Shown piece after piece: positions 62,705 through 64,000 of a stretch of 64,000 nucleotides of DNA. Each line of letters begins with the position of its first letter. Position 1 is the stretch's first letter. The notes beneath the pieces are model-generated. The model was not told the origin of the DNA, did not search any database, and saw only the letters and a list, made by a program, of their open reading frames with translations. The stretch comes from Felis catus (lineage: Eukaryota). The position numbers and the translations under genes are program-made. The stretch lies in the NCBI RefSeq assembly GCF_018350175.1, contig NC_058368.1:10540001-10604000 (forward strand), in the 5' to 3' direction.

Positions 62705-63660
62705 ATACATTTTAAATACCATTTATTTATTCATTTATTTCATCCGTCCTGATATCATTGGGTTGTTCCCCGTTGTTGACAATTAGGAATAGTGCTGCTA
62801 CAAATATTCTCGTAAATGTCTTTGGGAACATGCGCGTGCCCGTTTCGGCTGAACGTATCTGTAGGCGTAGTGATAGTGCATTTCTACATTCCTTGGTAGC
62901 ACAGTTTATTGATATTTCAGTCCGATCATGTTAATCAAACCATCTGAAATCTCACCGTGTATGGGTGCCTGCTTGCTCTGGAAATTACTGGTAGCGGTAT
63001 GTCGAAACCCACAGTACATTATTGATACGTGTTTCCTCTTTTGCTAATTTTTGTTGTCTACACTTAGAAGAATACGCAAATTTAGAATAGTCTCTTTAAG
63101 CATATACAGATTTAGACTACTTTATATCTTCTTGGTAAATTGAACTTTTTCTCTCTATAAAACTTCCTTTTCTTATTTCTCGTAATATTTCTCATCTCAA
63201 AGTTTTCTTTGTCTGATATATTTTGCTTTGGGTTTGGAAGGAATCTATTTTTTCTATCTTTTTATTAATAATATCTTACAAGATTTTTTTTTAATGTTCA
63301 TTTATTTTTGAAAGAGAGAGCGATAGAGTGACAGAGTGTAAGTGGGGCAGAGGGGCAGAGAGAGAGGGAGACACAGAATCTGAAGCAGGCTCTGAGCTGT
63401 CAACACAAAGCCTGATGCAGGACTTGAACTCACAAACCATGAGATCATCACCTGAGCTGAAGTCAGACGCTTAACCAACTGAGCCACCCAGGTGCCCCTA
63501 TGTTACAGTATCTTTATATTCTTATATGTAAGATGTGTTTATTATAATCAGAATATAGTTGTTTTTTTTTTTTTGATCCCAACTCCTTGGATCAAATTTT
63601 CCCATTTGTAAAGTATTTGCATCTATTTATGCTTATTACAATGATCTAGATGCAAGGTAT
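62705..63660 (-). mobile_element. L1ME fragments, interrupted by a SINE
   Basis: cattgggttgttccccgttgttgacaattaggaatagtgctgctacaaatattctcg; ttcttggtaaattgaactttt...gttttctttgtctgatata. Confidence 0.7.
63284..63498 (-). mobile_element. Can-SINE (SINEC_Fc)
   Basis: gagacacagaatctgaagcaggctctgagctgtc...gctgaagtcagacgcttaaccaactgagccacccaggtgcccc. Confidence 0.95.
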
Positions 63661-63699
63661 TTTTTAAGGTGGTGGCAGCATTTGTTCAACTTGCAGGCA

Positions 63700-64000
63700 G
63701 AGGGGAAAGAAAAAAACAAAAAGGTTGAAAATATAAGAGAGGGAGAAGAAAATGATGACTGATGGGTTGTGTTCTAGAGTGGATGGATGGCAATGATATT
63801 TGGAGTCGAGAACATAAGACAAGGGGCAATCTTATAGAGGAAGCCGGGGAGGATTGGTACAGATCTATGTTTGGGGGTGGTATAAAAAGATGTTTAGGAA
63901 GATTGTCTTTGTTGGCCTCTATTTTTCTCCCAAGGTGGGAACAAGGTCTGCTAAAATATCTGCAAACAGAGCTAAGAGGTTTGGGGACATGGAAAGGTTC
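63700..64000 (-). mobile_element. L2-like fragment
   Basis: Purine-rich; ggaagattgtctttgttggcctctatttttctcccaaggtgggaacaaggtc resembles the blocks at about 2.5 kb and 45.1 kb. Confidence 0.45.

Noticed and set aside
2035..63498. tRNA genes suggested by A-box/B-box motifs
   Set aside because: These are the tRNA-derived heads of Can-SINEs, each followed by SINE body sequence and, where intact, (CT)n, an A-tail and TSDs
62590..63600. Short hairpins (gtatttttt...aaaaaatac; tttgatcc...ggatcaaa) as terminators or pre-miRNAs
   Set aside because: Stems are only 8-9 bp and low complexity, which is expected by chance and too short for pre-miRNAs
1..64000. Supplied ORFs as protein-coding genes
   Set aside because: All are 150 aa or shorter, many start at alternative codons, and none resembles a protein I recognise. 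The MAQSVKR.../MAQLVK... ORFs are Can-SINE translations; others lie in L1, LTR or low-complexity DNA

Overview
Non-coding, repeat-rich mammalian genomic DNA from a feliform carnivore, most likely a felid. The evidence is eleven tRNA-derived Can-SINEs of the SINEC_Fc/Fc2 type plus L1_Fc-like and L1_Carn-like LINE 3' ends. I found no recognisable protein-coding exon, RNA gene, CRISPR array or prokaryotic system; the supplied ORFs are explained by repeats, low complexity or chance. Much of the window is old eutherian interspersed repeats: L2, MIR, L1M, MLT1/MLT2/LTR40/LTR33 LTRs, and MER58/MER102/MER103/MER5/MER82/Tigger1 DNA transposons. A dense nested L1 mosaic lies at about 51.6-58.3 kb. The most interesting signals are: (i) three tracts (about 8-9.6, 33-36.3 and 61.7-63.1 kb) where repeats carry mostly A/T->G/C substitutions, consistent with GC-biased gene conversion at recombination hotspots; (ii) repeat-free blocks with clustered homeodomain/SOX/FOX/MEIS/E-box motifs that look like enhancers; (iii) a frame-preserving 183-bp candidate exon with strong splice sites; (iv) a 10-bp tandem expansion that yields four phased p53-like CATG cores. 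Repeat family names come from my recollection of consensus sequences and the boundaries of old repeats are approximate. I could not identify the locus, and I see no evidence of a new multi-gene system.
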